Assembly (NCBI RefSeq): GCF_006345805.1
Contig: NC_042999.1
Span: 146,506,001 to 146,570,000 of the forward strand
DNA from: Octopus sinensis
Taxonomy: Eukaryota
Direction: 5' to 3'
DNA length: 64,000 nt
Shown: positions 1-10,781 of the stretch, piece by piece
Numbering within the stretch: position 1 is the stretch's first letter
Layout: every line of letters begins with the position of its first letter
Program-made: the position numbers and the translations under genes
Notes under the pieces: model-generated
The model's database searches: none
What the model saw: only the letters and a program-made list of their open reading frames with translations
What the model was told of the DNA's origin: nothing

Positions 1-665
1 CCAAATTTCATATCTATTTCTTTGGTAAATCCATGAACTGTCTTTAATAGTGTTTCCAGCTGTTTGTCATTTGCAGCATATAGTTTTAGGTCATCCATAT
101 ATAAAAGGTGGCTGATCATTTTGCCGTAACATTTATATCCGCATCCAGTTCTGTTTAGCATATCAGATAGTGGTGACAGTGCCAAGCAGAAAAGGAGTGG
201 AGAGAGCGTGTCTCCCTGGAATATTCCTCTTCTAATGGGGATGGTTTTGGTTTTCATGAGTCTCCCTTTTGTTTGGAGCTGTAGCACTGTTTGCCATTTA
301 TTCATAGAGTGCCCTATGAATTTTATAATTGTTGGTGCTACTTAGTTAATGGCTAGTGTTTCGAGGATCCATGTGTGGGGGATGCTATCAAACGCCTTTT
401 TGTAGTTCTTTCTGTGGCTGTCTTCAATTATGGCTTTATTAATCATTAGTTGATCTTTACAGCCATATGAGCCTTTGCGGCATCCTTTCTGCTCTTCTGG
501 AAACAGGTTGTTTTCGTCCAGGTGCTTGTTCAACCTTTGCGATATCACTGCAGTAAATGCCATGTACATTGTAGGGGAACAGGTTATTGGTCTGTAGTTT
601 TCTGGTTTTGCTGTCTCATTTGATTTGGGAATTAAGATGGTTTTCCCCTTCGTGAGCCATTCAGG

Positions 666-668
<3 letters not shown>
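1..668 (-). pseudogene. Non-LTR retrotransposon reverse-transcriptase fragment (R4/Dong-like), 5'-truncated and inactivated
   Basis: Minus-strand translation: PENYRPITC...EEQKGCRKGSYGCKDQL...YKKAFDSIPH, one in-frame TAA (342-344), then RGIFQGDTLSPLLF...ISHLLYMDDLKLYA. The residues normally preceding YKKAFD (including the first catalytic Asp) appear deleted. The frame runs off the left edge. Confidence 0.9.

Positions 669-702
<34 letters not shown>
668..702. repeat. (ATT/TAA)n microsatellite abutting the LINE 5' truncation
   Basis: Direct reading. Confidence 0.95.
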
Positions 703-705
703 GAA

Positions 706-1010
706 GGCGAATGGCTCAGTGGTTAGAGCGTAGAGCTTACGACCGCGAGGTTGTGAGTTCGAATCCCGGACTGGGCTGCATGTTGTGCTCTTGAGCAAGA
801 CACTTTTTTTTCACGTTGCTCCAGTTCACGCGGCTGTAGAAATGAGTTGCGACATCACTGGTGCCAAGCTGTATCGGTCTTTGCCTTTCCCTTTGGATGA
901 CACTGATGGCGTGGAGAGGGGAGGCTGGTAAACAACCATACCCGGACTTGTGCCTGGGTGGGTAAATTTCTAGGTGCAATCCCATGGTCAGTCATGACCG
1001 AAGGGGTTCT
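706..1010 (+). mobile_element. tRNA-derived SINE (tRNA-Arg-like head)
   Basis: A box TGGCTCAGTGG, B box GTTCGAATCC, ACG anticodon-like loop, non-tRNA body, flanked by (ATT)n. Confidence 0.8.
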
Positions 1011-1055
1011 CATTATTATTATTATTATTATTATTATCATTATTATTATTATTAA

Positions 1056-1340
1056 GGTGGCGGGCTGGCACAATCGTTAGTGCGTTGAACAAAGTGTTTG
1101 GCGGCATTCCGTCTATCTTTACATTCTGAGTTCAAATTTCGCCGAGGTCGACTTTCCTTTTCATCCTTTCGGAGTTGACGGAGCTGCGCATTGGGATCGG
1201 TGTAATCCACTTAGCCCCACCACACAAAATTTCAGGCCTTGTGCCTCGAGTAGAAAGGATAATTCTTCTGGTTCTTTATGATCTGAATTCAAATCCCGCC
1301 GAGGCCAAGTTTAGCTTTCATCCCTCCGAGTTCGATAAAA
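1056..1340 (+). mobile_element. SINE family B (ggcggcgagctggcagaatcgttagc...gaggtcgactttgcctttcatcctttcggggtcgataaa), degenerate copy
   Basis: Same consensus recurs many times in the window on both strands. Confidence 0.75.
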
Positions 1341-1553
1341 TGCCAAATGTAATCGAATAACCCCACTGTCTCTCAGCCCAAATCAGAAAACCTTTATTAA
1401 GAATAAAAGGTGAATCATTAGAGCGTCATATTAAATACGTTGCGCTATTTCTCCTGGCTCTTTACGATCCGAGTTCAAATCCTCCGAAGATCAAGGTTCT
1501 CTTTTATTTTCCCGAGATCGATTAAACGAAGTATTAGTGAAGTACTGGGGTCA

Positions 1554-1840
1554 TTGTTGTTGTTTGTTCCTTCTCGAGCCACGCCTGGCTCATTAGGGCC
1601 GTTTTCCCGGTTTCCTTGGCGTATAGGTTCTCCACCTGGACGGGACGTCGGCCCGTCGCAGGTGAGCTGCAAGATGCAGAAGGAAAGAGTGAGAGAAAGT
1701 TGTGGCGAAAGAGTCAGCAGAAGTTCGCCATGTAGGTGTTTATGAGCGTTTCGCTCATAAACACACACATCGCTCGGTCTGAGATTCGAACCCGTGATTC
1801 CTCGACCGCGAGTCCGCTACTCTAACCACAGTGCCTCCAC
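1554..1840 (-). mobile_element. SINE family C (tRNA-derived head) with tail type b
   Basis: Reverse strand: tggaggcac..gtggttagagtagcggactcgcggtcg...gggttcgaatctc head; 3' tail ending gagccaggcgtggctcgagaaggaacaaacaacaa; homologous to 41634-41918. Confidence 0.85.
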
Positions 1841-2548
1841 ACTGGGGTCATTGGTATCAAATAATCCCCACTCTCACTCGCATTTCTAGCCTACTGCCTC
1901 AGTCAAAACAACATTATTAGAAAGAAGTAAAGGACGACGGGGCGGCGGTGAAACAGTCGTTAGAGCGGCTGACGAAAATATTGTAACGTCTTCAGTACGT
2001 TCCTCTTTATTCTAAACTGAAATCGCACAGAGATCGTCTTTAATTCTTCTGAGGGTCGATAAAATAAATACTAAGTACCAGCCAACTACTGAGGTCGACT
2101 TAACTTACTGAACCCTCCTCCTATATATTCGATATAGGCATCATCATCATAAATTATTATGAAAGGAACCACGAAGGCGGTGAGCTGGTGGAATCGTTTA
2201 GTATGCCGGACGAAATGTTAAGTGGAATTTCTTTTGGTTTTTGGTTTATGGCGGCAAGCTAGCAGAACCATTAGCAGGCAGACAAATGGCTCGAAAGTTA
2301 TGAGGATGAGGGGGCAGAAAGACAGAAGAGTTGAAGGATAAATCTTAAATGTCCTAGTAAAATTTTAGTTTCGTCCTATTTGCGTTAAGTATTAAAATCT
2401 TATGAGATTCGTCTTTATTTTCCAAATCATTAAAATCATTGTTTGATAACTTTTAAATCCCTAAGTCCAACGTCAGCCTTAATCAAGCAGACCATTGATC
2501 AAAGACGTCACAGCTGTGATCATCTCATATTTTCTTTTTCTCCAGAAA

Positions 2549-2605
<57 letters not shown>

Positions 2606-3139
2606 CGGGAATTGCAATTTATTAATTAAACACGAGTAAAAAACATTTCCTTCTCTTCATATAAATAAGGAGAAATATACTTACACAGACAGACAGACAG
2701 AGAACGAGAGAAACATTAAAACGTCTGACGTCAAGTCAACATCGAATCAGCGACGCCAAGACGGCTGTGCCAAAACGTCTCATATTCCATCGGTTCTTAT
2801 CTCGCTAATCATGTGTTGTCGGTACTTTGTTTTTCTAGTACACTAGACTGAAAATAAGGACCACGTTGCTAGCATTACCATTGTGACTAACAAGGTTACA
2901 GAAGAAAATGAACTCAGAACTGTAAGATTTTGAAACAATGAATGACAGTTTTATCGCTTACTCACTTCAAATCCGAGAACTCAGAGGTTTCCAAACCGGT
3001 GTGTGCGTACCCCGGGGATACACGAGATTTTAAAAAAAAGAAAACATTGGAATATTGAAGCAAAAACTACAACTTTCCTACGGTAGACCCACAAATTTAA
3101 TAAAGAGTAAATAGTGTGTGTGTGTGCGTGCGTGAGCGC

Positions 3140-3540
3140 GCGCAGGCGTGACTGTGTGGTAAGAAGCTTGCTTTACAACACATGGTTTAGGGTTCGGTCC
3201 CACTGCGTGGAACCTTAGGTAAGTGCCTTCTACTATAGCCTCTGGGCGATCAATGCATTGTGAGTGAATTTGGTAGACGGAAATTGAAAGCCCGACGTGT
3301 ATGTATGTATATATATATACACGTGTGTATGTGTGTGTTTGCCCCTCCACCACCACTTGACAACCGGTGCTGGTGTGTTTACATCACCGTACGTTAGCGA
3401 TTCGGCAAAAGAGGCTGATAGAACAAGTACCATGCTTTTTAAAAAAATAAGTCCTGGGTTCGATACATTCACTAAAAATTCTTCAAGGCAGTACTCCAGC
3501 ATGGCCACACCTTAATGCCTGAAACAAGTAAATGATAAAA
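3140..3540 (+). mobile_element. SINE family A (gctgtgtggtaagaagcttgcttcccaaccacatggttccgggttc head, internal TA/TG microsatellite)
   Basis: Matches copies at 7475, 16800, 29100, 45250 etc. Confidence 0.85.
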
Positions 3541-4594
3541 GATATATGCTGGACCTAATGTACAGGTTCACAAGAGGAAAAAGTTTGCGAACCCCTGCGA
3601 TAAATAAGAGTATTTGTGATGGAACTGAAACAATGAAACACATCGTGAATCAAACCGACAAGAGGACTTGAACTCACCAATAGAAGCTAGTGAAACACTC
3701 GCCAATTTAATAGTGCTGCCGCTGGTTACACCGCAGTGCCTTTCAGCCTCGTTCGTTGGACTGGGCTGTTGGTATTTGTGTGTTGAGAAACAGCAGTGAC
3801 AAAATATAAGAAAGCTGCTTCCTATTAATTCGGTCACCCACTGTTCTATCGTTATTTCTTTCTTTTATTCTTTTCGCCCTCTGCCTACCTCGTTCGTACC
3901 ATTCTCACTGAGGCCCAGATAAATCTATTAATTCTCAATAGTTCAGTCCATCTTGATTTATAAATCTATACCAAGCATGGATTACAGGTTACCCTTGTAA
4001 GAATTTTAAGTTTATAAAAAAAATCTATCTTACTTACAATATGGGCAATGGAATACACACACACGCACACACAAATATACACATCTATTTATTCCATACA
4101 CCATGCTGTAGAGACGCAAATGTGGCTATGTGGTAAGAAGCTTGTTTCCGGTTCCGGTCGTTAGTTGTTCTTCACTCGCCTGTTGAAGTCACCACGCTGG
4201 TGTGCAGCTGGCGAAAATTAAAAGACGCTCTACTGTAAGGTAAGACTTTTTGCTTCTTGAGTCCAGTAGGATTTGTTGCTTGTATGTTTTATTTTTTGTA
4301 CTAGCAAGGAGTCCACACTGGATTCGGAGCTTTTTGTCTGTCTTGCAGTGGAGACGTATGTGTTTTCTCACATAATTGTTAAAAATTATTTTTCACCTGT
4401 GGATTATTGGCCAGGAGTACCTTTTCGGCCGAAAATTTATTTCTTTACCTGGATTTGAACTCTCTTCTTCAAAGCTTTCATTTATTAAAAAAAAAAAGAA
4501 CTTTTATTGAACTGTTATTTTTATTTTATTTCTTCCCTTCTGTTGTGTTTTTACTTCTTTTACATTTTGAACTGTAATTGAACTTTGTGTTGAA

Positions 4595-6027
4595 ATGGCA
4601 AAGGAATTTCTGGTACTAGTATCGTAGACTGGTCTCGGTTTGCGCAGACGCGCGTCCGCGCTAGCCAGACGTAGGCAGTCGATCCTACGAGCTGACTGGC
4701 GCATGCACGATATATACTTGTATCGATATGTACGATATATACTTGTATACGATATATACTTGTATATATACGATATATACTTGTATATATCGATACAAGT
4801 ATATATCGTGCATGCGCCAGTCAGCTCGTAGGATCGACTGCCTACGTCTGGCTAGCGCGGACGCGCGTCTGCGCGTGTGCGCAAACCGGGACCAGTCCAC
4901 GATACTAGTACCGGAATTTCTTGTGTGGGACTTAACACCTCCCATAAAATGGTTAAAAGAGCTTGAAAGGAAGACGGTAGTGCTGAGGACTTATTCAAAG
5001 TCGCTCGACACCATAGCCGTTTTCCCGAGGGCCACAATTTTGAATGGGCTGGCAGATTAAATTTATTTCACGGGGAGTCAAGTATGCAACGGTCTGGTTG
5101 CTATTTGACTCCCCCCAAGAAGCCACTCGAGGGCGAGGAAATCGTGTTTCTTCCAAGCTACTGTGGAAAGAAATTATTGAGAGCTTGGATCTGCGGTTTG
5201 CCACCCGGAGTTGAGCCCGAGTGGATAGAGGACTCTATCCACCGGTGTCTGGGTGGTACCAGTACCAAGCTACTTGATGTGAAAGTGTTGCCTGCGGCTG
5301 ATTGAGAGGGGTCAAAAGCTGTTTTGACCCTATGGACCCAATCAGCCGAAAGTCTGGTCTTTCCAGATTTTTTGAGGATGGCCGGGTCTAGGTATCCGGT
5401 GATGCTCGAGGGACGCCCCCCCCCAAGTGTCACCTGTGCCTGGAGACCGGCCACATTAAGAAAAACTGTCCCAAGGACCAAAATAGGATCCTGGAGCAGT
5501 TAATAGTGGAATCTCTCCCTGCTCCCTCAATGGAGGGAGAGAAGGAGGAGGTTTCTACATCCTCGAAAAAACGAAAACGAAAGGTGGGCTACAATGGTTG
5601 CCCACCGGAGGACCCGAGGGCTGCGGGAGAAAAGGAGGACCTGTTACGTGCGTCACAGGAACCTCACCCTCTCGCGGCCCAAGGGAAAAAGAAAAAGAAA
5701 AATGGGACATCGCCGGCGGGTTGTGACACGCTGCCGGCGGGTGTGCCGCTGGAGGATGAATATGTGTTCTACTTCCACAAAGGAGGAACCATAGAAAACG
5801 AAGTAAAGAAAATGGAAAGGAGGGGCCGATGGGAAGGACTTCTGTCCTGCACGGAGGATCCTGAGTGGCCTTCGCAGGTGGCTGCGGAGGTCCTATGGGA
5901 TAGTGATCTGTGCAGGATCATGAATTCCTTCCCGGAGGACTCCTATAAATTTATACCTGTGTGGTCCGGCCTGGAACCGAGTGCATGCTTCAATGAAGCA
6001 AGGATACTGGTCGGCCGGATAACCTGA
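4595..6027 (+). pseudogene. Degenerate ORF1/Gag-like nucleic-acid-binding protein with CX2CX4HX4C zinc knuckle
   Basis: ATG 4595 (MAKEF|LVWDLTPP after removing the MITE); internal stops (5058, 5303) and frameshifts; CHLCLETGHIKKNC at 5428-5469 preceded by YPVMLEGRPP; basic KKRKRK and KKKKK patches; stop at 6025-6027. Confidence 0.75.
4612..4912. mobile_element. Mutator-like foldback MITE (301 bp)
   Basis: TIRs GGTACTAGTATCG...CGATACTAGTACC extending about 115-125 bp; exact 9-bp TSD GGAATTTCT at 4603-4611 and 4913-4921; central cgatatatacttgtata tandem repeats. Confidence 0.88.
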
Positions 6028-6553
6028 ACGAGTCTAGAAAATGTGAAACATGTGACTTTTTGTGTGTTTTAAAAAAGAAAAAAGAATTCTGAACACTGTG
6101 TTGTTTAAGTAAGAGGTTTATTGCCTCATTGTGTTTTTGGGGGAAAAGGAAAAAAGAACATTGTTTTAGAGAAGCGAAAGTCGGCGGGCGCTTTTCGTCT
6201 TCTCCCATCATCATCATTTTTGCATCACCATCATCTATACCATTATGTCCATGTCCAGCCCGCAAAGCTTCCATCTGTGTGATGCCCTTGTGGCAAAATA
6301 TGAAATAAAGAAGCTTGCTTTCCAACCGAATGGCTCTAGGTTTAGTCCCACTGCGTGGCACCTGGGCAAATGTTTTCTATATACATGCAACCAAAACTTG
6401 GTGAGTAGACTTAAAAGACGGAAACTGAGAGAAGCCCGTCGTGTAAGTGTGTGTGTATGCGTGCCCAGCGTGTATGTTTGTCTCTCCACCACCGCAGTTC
6501 GGCAAAAGAGTAAGTACCGGGCTTTAAGAAAAAATTAGTACAGAGGTCGATTC

Positions 6554-6870
6554 AGTTCTATATTTAAGAGATGAGGAATTATGTACATTATTTACTTTAT
6601 TTACACCGTGACGGATATTTGTCTGCTTCTTGTTTGTTGTTAATACGGACATATGGCGCAGGCTACTAACCCCAAGATATCCGAGTTCGATTCCACGCAG
6701 TGACCTGAATAATAATAATAACATCGAAAAATAGGAATGAGAACCCAGGTTCGAAACTTCCCCAAGACACCTGATGAAGGCCGAAGGTATATCAGCCGAA
6801 ACGTTGTATTAACAACAAACAAGATGAGAACAAATATCCGTCATGTGTAAATAATGTAAATCTTATTTAC
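6554..6870 (+). mobile_element. Small Penelope-like non-autonomous element with about 50-bp inverted repeats and minimal hammerhead motif
   Basis: IR arms about 6597-6646 and 6806-6851; B-box GTTCGATTCC inside; hammerhead core CTGATGA...GAAAC at 6771-6802. Confidence 0.6.
6767..6809 (+). ncRNA. Minimal type I hammerhead ribozyme motif (degenerate)
   Basis: acac-CTGATGA-a-ggccg...cagcc-GAAAC-GTT-gtat; palindromic loop-less stem III; mismatches in stems I and II. Confidence 0.55.
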
Positions 6871-7323
6871 ATTCGACTAAAAGTTCTTCAAGGTGATGCC
6901 CCAGCATGGCCGTAGTCTAATGACTGAAGCAAATAAAAGATGGATATCTATCAATCATTCAACCACGAGTTGGGAGAATTTGGATAAGCTGTAACGTATC
7001 CACAATGATTCACTTCCAATTTTGACACTCCCAACTCACCCGTTCACTCATCTCTTCCACTCCACTTTACTCATGTCTCCAACTCCCCCAAACCTTCCCA
7101 ATGTGTCGCACTAACGCTACACCCAGCGATTTCTTCCCCTAGAATGTCGGTTTTCTTGAATTCTGGCCCCATCCGTATTTTTCCCCAACAACCATTGTCT
7201 TGCAACTCTTCAGGAAAAATATTAACCCACGTTGATCGACCTCAGCAATCTCGGACAGCCTGGGATGGGCGTGAGCCTAACTCTTACTTCTTTCCACAAA
7301 TCAGCGTTTTCACAAACTCTCTT

Positions 7324-7362
<39 letters not shown>

Positions 7363-7474
7363 CATGTGTATACATACATATATACATACACACACACACA
7401 CACACACACAGTGACCCCTTGCTACTTCGAGGTTCAACTATCGCGGATTCACGACTTCACGGATTTTAAATATA

Positions 7475-7704
7475 TATCTCTTTTACTCTTTTACTTGTTT
7501 CAGTCATTTGACTGCGGCCATGCTGGAGCACCGCCTTTAATCGAGCAATTCGACCCCGGGACTTATTCTTTTGTAAGCCCAGTACTTATTCTGTCGGTCT
7601 CTTTTGCCGAACCGCTAAGTAACGGGGACATAAACACACCAGCATCGGTTGTCAAGCAATGCTAGGGGAACAAACACACACACGCATATATATATATATA
7701 TATG

Positions 7705-7735
<31 letters not shown>

Positions 7736-7885
7736 GCTTCTTTCAGTTTCGGTCTACCAAATCCACTCACAAGGCTTTGGTCGGCCCGAGGCTATAGTAG
7801 AAGACACTTGCCCAAGGTACCACGCAGTGGGACTGAACCCGGAACTATGTGGCTGGTAAACAAGCTACTTACCACACAGCCACTC
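7475..7885 (-). mobile_element. SINE family A
   Basis: Full head, TA microsatellite and tail on the reverse strand. Confidence 0.85.
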
Positions 7886-7914
7886 CTGCGCCTATTGTTC
7901 ATATATATATATGA

Positions 7915-8585
7915 ACATCTAAAATTTTTCATTAAATCCAAAGAAGAAGAAGAAACGCAGCAAGAAACAGAAGTTATCGACCAAACTGGCTGGACGTTGG
8001 AACGGCTGGCCATGCCCTGCAACCTGGCTAAAGAATTGAAAGAGGGGTCACAGGAATGGGACGACGATATGGTTCGTTCTGTGCAATTTTGCAACAAGCT
8101 CGACGAAATCATGAATCCCTACAAGATGCTCTTTGAATGGAAAAAGAAGCAGCGGCAGCAACTTCCTATCACAATGTTTTTGCAGCCTCGCAAAAAAGAG
8201 CCAGTTCCTGCTGTTACTACTACGGCTGCACCTTCGAAAGAAGTGGAAGAGATGTCCCAAGGAAAGGGCACCGCCGTCAGCTTCATCATCATCATTTCTA
8301 CTGCGCAGCAAATTCATCACCTTCATCATTCAAATTTTACTTCAACTTCTTTCGTGTTGAGTACAGTAACAATCTTTAATTTTTTAAATCTAAAGTGTTA
8401 TTGCTTAACAGTTGTCCTTGTTATTAATAGACTACTGCAGTGGGTGGGTTGTTAACAGTACAGGGAGGGTTTTAAAAGTCCAAATACACGTTAAATACTG
8501 TAAATATGGTGTCTCTATTTCGCGGAAATTCAGTTATTGCGGCCGGTCTCGGAAGCAATCTATCGCGATAAACGAGGGATCACTG
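7915..8585 (+). mobile_element. Tigger/pogo DNA transposon 3' fragment
   Basis: Translation WDDDMVRSVQFCNKLDEIMNPYKMLFEWKKKQRQQLPITMFL resembles the Tigger transposase C-terminus; ends ...cgcgataaacgagggatcactg|TA, a typical Tigger TIR plus TA. Confidence 0.8.
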
Positions 8586-8719
8586 TAATTGGAACATAAC
8601 CTGCTAGTCCCCTAGGGATTTGAATTTACTTTAACAGTACATCCCCAAGGACCGCAACTCTGGCTTTGTACCGTTTTGGTCCCCTTCTAATAAAATACTA
8701 ATAAATACTAATAATGGCT

Positions 8720-9010
8720 TCAAATTTTAGCACAAGGCCAGCAATATCGGGAGAGGGGAAAGCCGATTTCATAGACCCCAGTACTCAAGTGGTATTTACT
8801 TTATCGACTCTGAAAGGACGAAAGGCAAAATGAATCTCGGCGGATATACCTACCACAAAGCATTTTGCCCGAAGTGCTAACGATTCATTCTACAAGCTCG
8901 CTGCCTTATAATGATGAATACAAAATAAGTTTCAAATTTTGGCACAAGGCCAGCAATTTCGAAGAAGACAGGTAAGTCAATTATATTGACCCCAGAGTTC
9001 AACTAATACT
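8720..9010 (-). mobile_element. SINE family B copies (degenerate)
   Basis: Reverse complement of the family B body. Confidence 0.65.
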
Positions 9011-9023
9011 TACTTTAAAATAA

Positions 9024-9280
9024 TAAATAAATGCGCCCTTTTAAAGCCTAGCCAGGCTCATGGGACCGGTTTCCCAGTTTCTATGGCGTATGTGTTCCCC
9101 AGCTGGACAGGACGCCAGTCCATCGCAGCGTTACTCATTTTTGCCAGCTGAGTGGACTAGAGCAACGTGAAATGAAGTGTTTTGCTCAAGAACGCAACGC
9201 GTCGCCCGGTTCAGGAATCGAAACCACAATCTTACGATCAGGATTCTGACACTCTAAACACTAAGCCACGCACCTCCACA
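9024..9280 (-). mobile_element. tRNA-derived SINE (different body from family C) with tail type d
   Basis: Reverse strand head gtggaggtgcgtggcttagtgtttagagtg...ggtttcgattcc; tail shared with 52265-52380 and 37420-37520. Confidence 0.75.
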
Positions 9281-9284
9281 ATAT

Positions 9285-9615
9285 TTACTTTACCGACCCC
9301 GAAAGGATAAAGGCAAAGTCGACCGCGGTGGTCTCTGAACTCAGAACGCAAAGACGGACAAAATGCCGCGAAGCATTTTAATCGACTTGCTAACAATTTT
9401 CTACCAGCTCGCTACCTTAATAATCCTTTCTACAAAAGACACAAGGCCTGAAATTTTGGGGGTGGGGACTAGTCGATCACATCGACTCACTTAATTTGTC
9501 GACTCCGAAAGGATGAAAACCAAAGTCGACCTTGGCGGAATTTGAACTCTGAACGAAATGTCACTAAGCATTTTAACCAACGAGCTAACGATTTTCTCTC
9601 AACTCGCCACCTCAT
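9285..9615 (-). mobile_element. SINE family B copies
   Basis: Homology to the family B consensus. Confidence 0.7.
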
Positions 9616-9639
9616 TAATAAATAATAAAATACCTAAAT

Positions 9640-9940
9640 CACGTGATCACGTGACCGACCAGGCTATCAGATGTTGCTACACATCGCTGGTCACAATGCG
9701 CTTCATATTGTTTTAGCCTTCAAATGACGCCACCCCGCTGGCTAAGCGAACAGGCCTACAGAAGAAAGAGTGAGAGAAAGTTGTGGCGAAAGAGTACAGC
9801 AGGGATCGCCACCACCCCCTACCGGGGAGTCGTGGAGTTTTTAGGCGTTTTCGCTCAATAAACACTCGGTCTGGGAATCGAAACCGCGATCCTACGACCG
9901 CGAGTCCGCTGCCCTAACCACTGGGCCATTGCGCCTCCAC
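9640..9940 (-). mobile_element. SINE family C with RTE-derived tail (type a), full length with TSD
   Basis: 13-bp TSD AAAATACCTAAAT at 9627-9639 and 9941-9953; tRNA head at 9870-9940. Confidence 0.9.
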
Positions 9941-10300
9941 AAAATACCTAAATAATACCCTGAAATGCTACATTTAAAAAAATCCCTGAAATATAAAATT
10001 TACAAAATTCCCTGAAATACTAGATAAAGAAAAATCTTGAAATACTAAGTTATAAACAAAAAAAAAAAACAACTAGTAATAAATAGCGCCAATTAGAAAA
10101 GATATTTCTCCTGGAATTTTGCAGGACGCGTCGTCGCTAATTAATAAAATAAACAATTATAGAAAACACAATTCTGTATTAGAAATGCACGCTATAGGAA
10201 CGCGCACGAGTGTTTCTGAAAGTAGATTCCACATTATATATGTGTAACTTCTTAAAGCGGGAATTCAATGCACTCGAAGTGGTAAAAAGACGATAGATAA

Positions 10301-10339
<39 letters not shown>

Positions 10340-10781
10340 AAATCCATTCACATACACACACATGTGTGGATATGTGTGTGTGTGTATGCGCGAATGAGTG
10401 TGTGTGTATGCGCGAATGTTTTGTTTAAAGCTTAGCGACATATATAGATCGGGTTGAGCATTTATCGTCTGCTACATATCTTTCATCTTCCTTTTAGTTT
10501 TCCAGTGCAGATGCACGGCACAGAGCAACCTTAGCATGAATCACGGGCTTTATGTACAAAGTAATCTTTGACTTTTAGAGAACACGGTAATTTTCGAGAT
10601 TTATTTGAGGAAGAAAAAATAATAATTGTTGCTGATTCAGGCACAGGACCAACAATTCTCTTTTAAGGAAGGGGTCAATTATATGACTCCAGTAATTGAC
10701 TGGTACTTATTTTATCGCCCCCGAAAGGATGAAAGGCAGAGTTGACCTCGGTAGTATTTCAAGTCAGAATGTAAAACACTA

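Larger units (their letters stand above)
4150..6307 (+). mobile_element. About 2.2-kb retro-insertion carrying only a degenerate LINE ORF1/Gag-like frame
   Basis: Flanked by near-identical aagaagcttg(t/c)tt(t)cc (4135-4149, 6308-6323; putative TSD); AATAAA at 6304-6309; no RT sequence recognised. Confidence 0.7.
4115..6950 (+). mobile_element. SINE family A copy split by two insertions (4150-6307 and 6554-6870)
   Basis: Head 4115-4149 resumes at 6308; tail gtcgattc|attcgactaaaa is split between 6553 and 6871. Confidence 0.75.

Noticed and set aside
706-780. tRNA-Arg gene (also similar heads at 9870-9940, 26680-26753, 47720-47790)
   Set aside because: No 3' acceptor stem; each continues into a repeated SINE body
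7808-8455. 215-aa ORF as a gene
   Set aside because: Chimeric frame: antisense SINE sequence fused to a Tigger transposase tail and 3' region
9955-10055. Short aaatccctgaaat repeats as regulatory iterons
   Set aside because: Few, irregular AT-rich copies consistent with slippage
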